Shown here: positions 1-7,736 of the stretch, in pieces | How positions within the stretch are numbered: the stretch's first letter is position 1 | How the letters are laid out: each line of letters opens with the position of its first letter | DNA from: a virus | Taxonomy: Duplodnaviria; Caudoviricetes | DNA: 38,056 bases | Reading direction: 5' to 3' (one strand) | Virus record (IMG/VR): IMGVR_UViG_3300044949_001698 | Location: 1-38,056 of that record | Made by a program: the position numbers and the translations under genes | The notes under the pieces: generated by a model | Database searches by the model: none | The model's input: the letters and a program-made list of their open reading frames with translations, nothing else | Told to the model about the DNA's origin: nothing

Positions 1-191
1 ACCTCGACGCCTGCCACCTCGGCCGGGTCGAGCTCGGCCACCTCGACGCCTGCCACCTCGGCCGGGTCGAGCTCGGCCACCTCGACGCCTGCCAGGCGGG
101 GCGGGGCGGGGCGGGGCGCCGCTCAACCGACCGCCGGCCGCCCCGGGCCCTACCGGCCGCGGCCACCTCGACGCCTGCCACCTCGGCCACC
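1..191. repeat. Left-end tandem repeat: 39-bp unit ACCTCGACGCCTGCCACCTCGGCCGGGTCGAGCTCGGCC x2 plus partial copies, with a (GGGGC)n tract
   Basis: Exact units at 1-39 and 40-78, partial at 79-94, a GGCGGGGCGGGGCGGGGCGGGG tract at 95-116, and another core copy at 161-191. Shares the core CCACCTCGACGCCTGCCA with the right-end repeat. Confidence 0.95.
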
Positions 192-352
192 CGACCGCGG
201 CGAGTGAGGCCAGGGCCCCCCCACGGCGTGCGTGCGCCCCACGGGCGACACGCCCTCGCTGTCCGAGCGGGGTCGACCTTGGGATTTCTCACGGAGAGTG
301 AGGTCGGTGGGGTCCGCTATCGGGGGCGGTTCGGGGCGATCAGCATGGGTGC

Positions 353-727
353 GTGCCGACCCGTGTGGTGATCCCCCCATCGAATCCAGTTCGTGCGCCT
401 GAGCCGCCAGGTTGGCTGGACCGTGCCGCGTACCGGGCGTGGGATGAGTTGTGGGGCAGCGGAATCGCTTCGACGTGGACGGTTGGTGAGCATGATCTTG
501 TGGCTCGTCTGGCGTTGCTTCGGGTGCAGTTCCGCGAGAACGGCGGGATCAACGTCGACACGTTGGCGCGTCTGCATGTGCAGATCCACAAGCTGGAGCA
601 GGCGCTGTTGTTGACCCCGGAGTCGCAGCGTCGAGCAAACGTGGTGACGGAGGAGCCGAAGGTCGTGAGTATCGACCGGAAGGCTTCGATCGAGGCTGTG
701 AAGGCCCGCGTCGCGCATGCCGACTGA
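353..727 (+). CDS. terS: Terminase small subunit
   Basis: 124 aa directly upstream of and overlapping terL. PEPPGWL...AW.ELW N-terminus and LEQALLLTPESQRR C-terminal motif resemble actinophage/P27-type small terminases. Confidence 0.8.
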   Translation: MPTRVVIPPSNPVRAPEPPGWLDRAAYRAWDELWGSGIASTWTVGEHDLVARLALLRVQFRENGGINVDTLARLHVQIHKLEQALLLTPESQRRANVVTEEPKVVSIDRKASIEAVKARVAHAD

Positions 728-2306
728 ACGTCTCGCACCTCCCGACGATTGGCCGAGTCTCGGCTGGGAGGTCATTTCGTGGGCTGAGTCGATGCTGCGG
801 TGGGATGCCGGCGAGTTTGCTGGGCAGCAGATCGAGTTCAACGATGAGCAGGTTCGGTTCGTTGTGGATGCGTACCGGCTGTATCCGCAAGGTCATCGCC
901 GTGAGGGGGAGCGGGTGATTCGGCGGGCGGTGAAATCCCGTCCGAAGGGTGCCGGAAAGTCTGCCGAGGCGAAGGTGTTGTGCATCGTGGAGGCCCTGGG
1001 CCCGGCGCAGTTCGATGGGTGGGACGCTGCGGGTGAGCCTGTTGGGAGGCCGCGGGCTGCGCCGTTCGTGCGGGTCATGGCGACTGAGGAGACGCAGTCG
1101 ATCACGACGGTGTTCGGTGGTGTGGTCGAGATGTTGCGGGTTGCTGGTGATGAACACCCGGACGTGTTCGGTCAGGTGGATGCGGGGTTGACGCGTGTGT
1201 ATCTGCCGGGTGGCGGGCAGATGCGTCCGTCGACTGCTTCGGCGTCTTCGAAGGACGGTGGCCGGGAGACGTTCGTGGTGGTGGACGAGGGCCACTTGTG
1301 GACGAGCAACGAGCTGGTTGAGGCGTATCGGACGGTGCGCCGGAATCTGGCGAAGCGGCCTGGGGCATGGCTGTTGGAGTGTTCCACGATGTTCGCTCCG
1401 GGTGAGGGGTCGATCATGGAGGGGGCGTGGGGGTACGCGCAGCAGCAGTTGAAGCAGCATGACGACCAGGCGTTCCTGTGGGATCACCGTGAAGGCTGGG
1501 ATGTTGACATCAGCGACGATGACGCCCTGTCGGGGTCGTTGAGCGAGTCATACGGTTCGGCGATCAGCCGGATGCCGGTGGATGAGATCATGGCGGAGGT
1601 TCGTGATCCGACGACGACGCCGGTGGAGTCGAAGCGGTACTTCTTCAATCTGCGGGTCGCTGGCGACGGGCAGGTGTTGGACCCGGAGGTGTGGGCCCAG
1701 CGGGTTGACGTGGACCGCCGGCTGGAGGGTCCGGTGGCGCTCGGGTTCGACGGGTCGAGGTTCCGGGCGGATCACACGGGTCTGGTGGCTTGCACGTTGG
1801 ATGACCCGAAGCATCTGGTGCCGTTGGGGCATTGGGTTCCGGTGGGGGATGGTGAGCGGCCTCCGTGGGAGGAAATCGACATTGCGGTGCGGGACGCGAT
1901 GGACCGGTTTGATGTCGCGTTGTTCTATTGCGACGACAAGTACTGGGAGTCGCAGGTTGACCGTTGGTTCGGTGAGTGGCCGAAGCAGGTGCGGTCGTTT
2001 CCGACGGGGTCGCATCTTCGGACGGGGATGATGTTCCGGTCGTTTGTGCGGTCGGTGGAGCGTGGCGATATCACCCATGACGGTGACAGCGACCTGTCGG
2101 AGCATGTGCGGAACGCGGTCCGTCGGCAGGTAAAGGCGAAGTCTCCAGACGAGGGGGAGGCGTTGTTCATCGCGTCGAAAGACACGACCCACAGCCCGCG
2201 GAAGATCGACTTGTTCTATGCGGCTGCGTTGGCGCATGAAGCGGCCTGTGACGCTGTCGCGAACGGCTATCGGGCCCGGAAACCAGCCAGGTTGCGGAGC
2301 TTCTGA
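717..2306 (+). CDS. terL: Terminase large subunit
   Basis: Walker A RPKGAGKS, Walker B VVVDEGH, nuclease motifs GFDGSRFRADHT and RKIDL. Confidence 0.96.
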   Translation: MPTERLAPPDDWPSLGWEVISWAESMLRWDAGEFAGQQIEFNDEQVRFVVDAYRLYPQGHRREGERVIRRAVKSRPKGAGKSAEAKVLCIVEALGPAQFDGWDAAGEPVGRPRAAPFVRVMATEETQSITTVFGGVVEMLRVAGDEHPDVFGQVDAGLTRVYLPGGGQMRPSTASASSKDGGRETFVVVDEGHLWTSNELVEAYRTVRRNLAKRPGAWLLECSTMFAPGEGSIMEGAWGYAQQQLKQHDDQAFLWDHREGWDVDISDDDALSGSLSESYGSAISRMPVDEIMAEVRDPTTTPVESKRYFFNLRVAGDGQVLDPEVWAQRVDVDRRLEGPVALGFDGSRFRADHTGLVACTLDDPKHLVPLGHWVPVGDGERPPWEEIDIAVRDAMDRFDVALFYCDDKYWESQVDRWFGEWPKQVRSFPTGSHLRTGMMFRSFVRSVERGDITHDGDSDLSEHVRNAVRRQVKAKSPDEGEALFIASKDTTHSPRKIDLFYAAALAHEAACDAVANGYRARKPARLRSF

Positions 2307-2554
2307 TGGGGAAGGTGTTGAAGCCTCGGATGGTGGTGGTGTCGTGGGTGGATGCCCAGGATCTGCCTGAGCATTGGGTGCGGTTCGGTGAACATGACCA
2401 GGAGCCGGCGGTGGTGGAGTCGGTTGGGTTCCTGATCCAGCCTGATCCTCTAAAGGATCATGTGACGTTGGCGTGTTCGTGGCATGACGGGGTGTACGCG
2501 TCGGGGATCAACATTCCGCGGGTGTGTGTGCGGAAGATCCGCCGGTTGAAGTGA
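2306..2554 (+). CDS. Small hypothetical phage protein
   Basis: 82 aa; TGATG-coupled to both terL and the HNH gene; globular beta-rich composition (VVVSWVDA...VESVGFL...IPRVCVRKIRRL). Confidence 0.75.
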   Translation: MGKVLKPRMVVVSWVDAQDLPEHWVRFGEHDQEPAVVESVGFLIQPDPLKDHVTLACSWHDGVYASGINIPRVCVRKIRRLK

Positions 2555-2961
2555 TGCGCCGTCGGAAGGTGTGTTCGAAACCGGGGTGCATCGAGTTCGC
2601 CGTTCGTGACGGCAGGTGTGACGAACATGGTGAGCAGGCGTGGGTGCGTTCGCAGCGGCGGGGGCGGGTGTCGGCGTCGTTTCGTTCGAACCGGTTTCGG
2701 GTGTTGCGGGCGACGAACGGCCGGTGCGCGTTCTGTGGTGTGCAGACGATGACGGTCGATCACCGGTTGCCGGTGGCGTTCGGTGGGTCTGATGACCTGG
2801 ACAACTTGCAGCCGATCTGTGAGTCGCATCATCGGGAGAAGACTGCGGCGGAGTCGCAGTTGGGGAAGTTGGCTGCTGGTGGCGGGTTGGATGCGGCTGC
2901 GGTTGCTGCTCATGTTGAGGCGTGGACGCCTGCGGTGTTCCGCTATCGGGCGGGCGGTTAG
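2554..2961 (+). CDS. HNH endonuclease, probably packaging-associated
   Basis: N-terminal CSKPGC...RCDEH motif, CAFC, and DHRLPVAFGGSDDLDNLQPICESHHREKT. ATG at 2554 overlaps the upstream stop. Confidence 0.92.
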   Translation: MRRRKVCSKPGCIEFAVRDGRCDEHGEQAWVRSQRRGRVSASFRSNRFRVLRATNGRCAFCGVQTMTVDHRLPVAFGGSDDLDNLQPICESHHREKTAAESQLGKLAAGGGLDAAAVAAHVEAWTPAVFRYRAGG

Positions 2962-2970
2962 TCGTGTGGA

Positions 2971-4395
2971 ATGGCGGGCGTCATGGCTGAACGTCTTTCG
3001 CCGGATTGGTGGCGGGACCGGCTGCTTGAGCAGCACACGCACGATCGTCGCGTCCGCGATGAAATGTTGCGCGTCTACAACGGTGTGCATCCGCATCCGA
3101 CGGCTCTGACGAAGCGATATGCGGAGCAGTACCTGTCGCTGATCCGGGCGTCGAGAACGCCTTGGGGTCGGATGATCGTTGACACGACTGCGGAACGGCT
3201 GGAGTTCCAAGGGTTTCGTGTCGGTGACGGCGAACCCGACGGTGAGCTGTGGTCGTTGTTCAAGCGGGCGTCCGTTGACCAGCATCAGCGGAACATCTAC
3301 CGGGATTCGTTGGCGACCGGGACGACGTATGTGTCGGTGTGGCCGACGAGCGACGGTTCGGGTGTGTCGATCATGCCGGAGTCGCCGTTGAACGTGTGCC
3401 ATGAGCTGGAGGCGGGCACGACTGACACGGTCGCCGCGGCGGTCAAGGTGTGGCCCGACGAGGTCAACCAGATCTGGCGTTGCACGCTGTACCTGCCGGA
3501 TCGGGTGGTCGAGTATCAGTCGAAGTACATCGAGTCGGATGTTGTGCCGTGGACGGCGCAGTGGTCGGAGATCCGGTCGATGACCAACCCGTTCGGTCAG
3601 GTGCCGATCGTGCCGTTCCTGTGTCGCCGTGACACCGCCGGCTACGGGCGCAGCGAACTGATCGACCTGTTGCCGCTGTTCGACCGGGTGGAACTCATCA
3701 CGGCCGACATGCTGGTCGCGTCGAGTTTCGGGGCGTTCCGGCAGCGGTGGGCGACCGGCCTGGAGATCCCGATTGACCCGACGACCGGCAAGGAGGTCGA
3801 GCCGTTCCGTGCGGCGTTGGACCGCTTGTGGATCTCGGAGGACACCGAGACACGGTTCGGTTCGTTTGATTCGACGGACATGACGCCGTACATCCGGGCG
3901 AAGGATGCGGTGGTCGCTGAGATCGCTGCGATCAGCCGGGTGCCGTCGTCGTATTTCGTGCAGTCCGAGCTGGCGAACCCGCCGTCGGCGCAGGCGTTGG
4001 AAGCTGCGGAAGCGAACCTGATTTCGAAGGTTCGTGAACGTCAGATGGGTTACGGCCGAGCCTGGGAGCAGGTGGTGTCGCTGGTGCTGTTGGCGTCCGG
4101 TGACCGACGGGCCAGCGAGTCCGACATCGAGGTGATCTGGAAGGATCCTCGGACCCGGTCGGAGTCGCAGGTGTTGGATGCTGCGTCGAAGATGAAGGCG
4201 ATCGGGTTCCCGTTCGATTCGATCGCAGAGTTCGTTGGGTACTCGCCGTCGGAGATCGCCCGGTTGCGGGCACAGAAGGTCGCTGACGCGCTCGTCGCCG
4301 GGTTGCAGCCGACGGTGATGGACCCGGTTCCGGTGCAGGCGCAGCAGCCGGCACAGTTCGATGAGCCCGGTGACGGTGATGCCAGCACCACCTGA
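2971..4395 (+). CDS. Portal protein (SPP1 gp6-like actinophage type)
   Basis: 474 aa after the terminase; motifs WGRMIVDTTAERL, NPFGQVPIVPF, GRSEL, AFRQRWATG, NPPSAQAL, VIWKDP. Confidence 0.93.
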   Translation: MAGVMAERLSPDWWRDRLLEQHTHDRRVRDEMLRVYNGVHPHPTALTKRYAEQYLSLIRASRTPWGRMIVDTTAERLEFQGFRVGDGEPDGELWSLFKRASVDQHQRNIYRDSLATGTTYVSVWPTSDGSGVSIMPESPLNVCHELEAGTTDTVAAAVKVWPDEVNQIWRCTLYLPDRVVEYQSKYIESDVVPWTAQWSEIRSMTNPFGQVPIVPFLCRRDTAGYGRSELIDLLPLFDRVELITADMLVASSFGAFRQRWATGLEIPIDPTTGKEVEPFRAALDRLWISEDTETRFGSFDSTDMTPYIRAKDAVVAEIAAISRVPSSYFVQSELANPPSAQALEAAEANLISKVRERQMGYGRAWEQVVSLVLLASGDRRASESDIEVIWKDPRTRSESQVLDAASKMKAIGFPFDSIAEFVGYSPSEIARLRAQKVADALVAGLQPTVMDPVPVQAQQPAQFDEPGDGDASTT

Positions 4396-5368
4396 GGTCG
4401 TTGACTCGGTTGTGCAGTCAACGGTCGAGGATCACGCTCGCCGCCAGTCGAGGGTGGCGTATGCGGCGGCGTTCCTGTTCTTTGTGAACGCCGGTTTGTC
4501 TGACGACGAGTTGAACGTGTGGCTCGCCGCGTACCTGCCGTGGCAGCGGGAAGCGGTGTTGGAGGCGGCGCAGCGTGGCTGGACGTATGCGTCGCTGCTG
4601 TGGTCGTTGGAAACGGACAACGCCCCGGACGGGTTGGCGGCGACGTTGGAGGATTCGTCGTTTGTTGCTGACGTGTTGGAACGCGGGGAACGGTTCGCTG
4701 ACCGGCCGGTTGTTCGGGCCCGGTGGGAGGCGTCGCAGATCGCCGAGCGTCGCGCCGCTGCCGAAGTGGACGTGGATGTGGATGTGACTGACGCTGATGT
4801 TGAGGTGCCGACCCGGCCGTCCACGTTGAGCGATGTCCGGCCCGAGGTCGAGTCGGCCCGTCAGGCTGCGACGCGTGCACGGTTGACGCCTGCGCCGTCG
4901 CGGCGGGAGTCGACGTTGGCGGAGAGCATGCAGCGGGGCGCTGCGCGTGCTGCGGAGCAGGCGATGGCCGACACGAACCAGGCGTTCGGCGCTGGGATGG
5001 ACGAGTTCGCGTCGCAGCCGGGACGGCAGGTGAAGCGGTGGTTGAAGGCCCCGCACGCTCGGGCCTGCAACTTCTGTTTCCTTGTGTCGACCCGCGGGTA
5101 TCGGACCGCTGCGGCTGCGATGCGTGCCGGTCACCTGACCTGCAAGTGCGGCGCGAAAGCGGTGTGGGTGACTGCCCGCCCGGATCGTGATGACACGCCG
5201 GGGCGTCGCCGTACACGGCAGGCGGAAGTGTCGAACTGGTACTGGCGGCAGGAACTGGAGAACCGCGGGTACGGCCTGTTGTTCGAAGCCGGCCGGTTGT
5301 CCGACGAAGGCCGTCAGGCGCTGGTCGGGGAGTTGTTTCCCGACCTGGACATCCCAGCGAGGGCGTAA
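4379..5368 (+). CDS. MuF-like minor head protein (actinophage 'capsid maturation protease' type)
   Basis: Lies between portal and scaffold; W..APHARACNFCFLVSTRGY...GHLTCKC motif. Start is 4361 or 4379. Confidence 0.7.
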   Translation: MPAPPEVVDSVVQSTVEDHARRQSRVAYAAAFLFFVNAGLSDDELNVWLAAYLPWQREAVLEAAQRGWTYASLLWSLETDNAPDGLAATLEDSSFVADVLERGERFADRPVVRARWEASQIAERRAAAEVDVDVDVTDADVEVPTRPSTLSDVRPEVESARQAATRARLTPAPSRRESTLAESMQRGAARAAEQAMADTNQAFGAGMDEFASQPGRQVKRWLKAPHARACNFCFLVSTRGYRTAAAAMRAGHLTCKCGAKAVWVTARPDRDDTPGRRRTRQAEVSNWYWRQELENRGYGLLFEAGRLSDEGRQALVGELFPDLDIPARA

Positions 5369-5400
5369 AAGCACAACCGGCCGCCCGAAGGCGACCGGTT
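5367..5400 (-). terminator. Putative intrinsic terminator on the antisense strand
   Basis: Minus strand reads AACCGGTCGCC-TTCG-GGCGGCCGGTT-GTGCTTTT: 11-bp stem with one G-U pair, C(UUCG)G tetraloop, short U tract. Confidence 0.55.
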
Positions 5401-5464
5401 GGCACACACACAACATGGCGGACCATGCAGGTTCGTAAACACTACCGCAGACAAGGGGACACTT

Positions 5465-6040
5465 GTGGAACAGATTGTGGATGACAGCACGACACCGGTT
5501 GCCGACGAGCCGGTCGACACGGAGGCGGCTTCCGAGCCGGTCGCCGACCAGCCCGTGACCGAGGCAACCCCGGCAGGTGGCGACGACACCGTCGACCAGC
5601 CGGAGGCCGCCGAGCAGAGCGACCAGGACGACAGCATCTCCGGTGAGCAGGCCCGGAAGCTGCGGAGCGAGGCGAGCAACCTCCGGTCGCGGCTGCGGGA
5701 CACCGAGTCCGAGGTTGAGGCGCTCAAGGCGGAGCTCGCCGAGCGGGACAGCCGGCTGGCGTCCGCAGAGTCCGGTCGGTTGAACGCGACGATCTACGGG
5801 CGTGCCGCCGGGAAGCTCCACAACCCCGCTGACGCCATCGCGTTCATCGACACGACCGGCCTAGACGCGGACGACATCGAAGGGATCGACGCTGCGATCG
5901 ACGCGCTGTTGGACGAGCGCAACTACCTCGCTGTGTCACGGTCGATCCCGCAGATCGAACAGGGTGTCCAGCGTGAACGGCCCCGCGGCAAGACGTTCTC
6001 CGATGTCATGGCCGAAGGTTTGGGCTGGGCCGGCAAGTGA
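5465..6040 (+). CDS. Head scaffolding protein
   Basis: Acidic low-complexity N-terminus, coiled coil (ARKLRSEASNLRSRLRD), AIDALLDERNYLA motif; SD-like AAGGGGAC before GTG 5465. Confidence 0.85.
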   Translation: MEQIVDDSTTPVADEPVDTEAASEPVADQPVTEATPAGGDDTVDQPEAAEQSDQDDSISGEQARKLRSEASNLRSRLRDTESEVEALKAELAERDSRLASAESGRLNATIYGRAAGKLHNPADAIAFIDTTGLDADDIEGIDAAIDALLDERNYLAVSRSIPQIEQGVQRERPRGKTFSDVMAEGLGWAGK

Positions 6041-6585
6041 CGTTGGAGCGGATCCCTGCGGGGCAGGTGTGGCAAGAACACGATCATCGTCTCCGCTACC
6101 ACCTGGCCCGCGGGCTGATCGGCAGGAACGACGCGGTTCTCGACGCTGCGTGCGGCGTCGGTTACGGCACCTACATCCTGTCGGGGTCGTCGGGCAACGT
6201 GTTCGTTGGTGTCGACAAGGAGCCCGCGGATCTGGAGTACGTCGAGCTGGCCGAGCGGGTCCGGTACGTCACCGCGGATCTGAACGGCCCGAACCGAGAC
6301 ATTGTGTTCGAAGGTGTCGGCGAGTTCGACGTGTCCGTGTCGTTCGAAACGATCGAGCATCTGGACGACCCCGAAGATTTCGTTGCCTGGTTGTGCCGTC
6401 ACACGACCCGCACGATCGTGGCGTCGGTGCCGGTCGTCCCGTCGAAGCGTTGGAACGAATACCACCTCCACGACTTCGACCGTGATGACCTTCCTGCGAT
6501 GTTCGCAACGCACGGATGGCAGTTGAGAGCGAGCCTTGACCAGCCGTCGGAGTCGTCTGTCATCTACGTCTTCGGGCTGTTTTGA
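6037..6585 (+). CDS. Class I SAM-dependent methyltransferase (glycan/small-molecule type, not DNA)
   Basis: HRLRY, VLDAACGVGYG (motif I), VGVD, FDVSVSFETIEHL, NEYH; GTGA-coupled to the scaffold gene. Confidence 0.9.
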   Translation: MTLERIPAGQVWQEHDHRLRYHLARGLIGRNDAVLDAACGVGYGTYILSGSSGNVFVGVDKEPADLEYVELAERVRYVTADLNGPNRDIVFEGVGEFDVSVSFETIEHLDDPEDFVAWLCRHTTRTIVASVPVVPSKRWNEYHLHDFDRDDLPAMFATHGWQLRASLDQPSESSVIYVFGLF

Positions 6586-6613
6586 ACCTCCGCTAGCAAC
6601 CTGTGTTTCGTTC

Positions 6614-6758
6614 CACCATTCTGGTGTGAGCGGCTGACCGCCCTGGCGGCGGGAAGCACACGAATCGCCCTGGTGGCGATCCGGCAGTCGCCCCGGTGGC
6701 GCTCCGGTCTTCAACCCAAGACCGTTCGACGCGCCGCTCGGCGCGTCTGATTCAGGAG
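6614..6758 (+). promoter_or_regulatory. Structured 5' leader of the major capsid gene (hairpin array, then SD AGGAG)
   Basis: Three hairpins with consensus CGCC-CYGGY-GGCG (6638-6652, 6664-6680, 6689-6701), then hairpins at 6705-6724 and 6728-6747, and AGGAG at 6754-6758. Confidence 0.6.
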
Positions 6759-6766
6759 CAGCCACC

Positions 6767-7696
6767 GTGGCAGACATCAGCCGTACCGACATGCCGCCCG
6801 CCGATTGGCCCGACTACCGGGCCGAGGTCATCACCGGCGTCATCGAGTCCTCCGCCGTCCTCTCGGCGTTCCCGACCGTCCGCACCAACAGCAAGCTGAC
6901 GAAGATCCCCGTGCTCGGCACCAAGCCGACGGCGTCGTTCGTCGGTGAGGATCTGTCGCAGTCGAGTTCGATCAAGCCGACGAGCGAGGTGACGGTCACC
7001 GAGTCGACCGCCACGATGGAGACGCTCGCCGTGATCGTGCCGATCAAGAAGGAGGTCGCGATGGACCTCCGTGACGGTGCCGGCATCGACGCATGGCAGA
7101 TCGTGCGGCCGCAGGTGTCCGAGGCGTTCGCCTACGCGATCGACAAGGCGATCCTGTTCGGCGACGGGGCCCCCACCTCGTGGGGCACCGGCCTGTCGGA
7201 CCGGGCCGAGGCTGCCGGCAACTACGTCGCAGCGTCGAACCCGCTGTCGTGGACGGACTTCTCCAAGGCGATGGCCCAGGTCGAGGACGACGACTACGAC
7301 GTGAACGTCGTGCTCGCCCACAAGGGTGTGCGCCAGAAGTTCCGTGAGATGGTGGACGACAACAAGCGTCCGCTGTATCTGGAGCAGGTTCGTGGCGACG
7401 GCTTCACCGGCCAGATCTTCGGTGCGGACGTGACCTACGGCAACAACTCCGGGTGGGACCGCACGGAGGCCGACGCGATCCTCGGCGACCGCAACATGGT
7501 GCGGGTGTTCGTCCGTGAGGAGCTGAACGTCCTGTTCAGCGAGGAGGCGTCCTACACCGACGGGGCGACCCTCAAGTCGGCGTTCGAACGGAACGTCATC
7601 CTCGCCCGGTTCGAGATGCGGCTCGGCTGGACGGTGTTCGCACCGCGCACCGGGTTCCCGTTCTCCAACATCAACCCGGCCGGCGGCGGTTCCTGA
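6767..7696 (+). CDS. Major capsid protein (HK97 fold)
   Basis: 309 aa with strong codon bias; motifs IPVL...ASFVGE, LAVIVPI, AFAYAIDKAILFGDG, D...RPLY, SAFERNVILARFEMRLGW. Confidence 0.95.
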   Translation: MADISRTDMPPADWPDYRAEVITGVIESSAVLSAFPTVRTNSKLTKIPVLGTKPTASFVGEDLSQSSSIKPTSEVTVTESTATMETLAVIVPIKKEVAMDLRDGAGIDAWQIVRPQVSEAFAYAIDKAILFGDGAPTSWGTGLSDRAEAAGNYVAASNPLSWTDFSKAMAQVEDDDYDVNVVLAHKGVRQKFREMVDDNKRPLYLEQVRGDGFTGQIFGADVTYGNNSGWDRTEADAILGDRNMVRVFVREELNVLFSEEASYTDGATLKSAFERNVILARFEMRLGWTVFAPRTGFPFSNINPAGGGS

Positions 7697-7736
7697 CGGA
7701 CCTCCGCCTGAGTGCGGCAACCTCAGAGGGGACATC

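Noticed and set aside
4050-5821. Long antisense ORFs (also 549-1487, 8474-9448, 31755-33530, 34554-35969 and others)
   Set aside because: Shadow ORFs opposite well-supported genes in high-GC DNA; no motifs or RBS support.
6037-6585. DNA methyltransferase / DNA hypermodification role for the head-operon MTase and GTs
   Set aside because: No DPPY/NPPY or PC motifs, no base hydroxymethylase or TET/JBP gene, and the location is in the late structural operon. Virion modification fits better, though it is unproven.
341-6619. Shared late-promoter hexamer CANCAT at 341, 5411 and 6614
   Set aside because: Too short and degenerate, with no shared upstream element visible; cannot be supported without TSS data.
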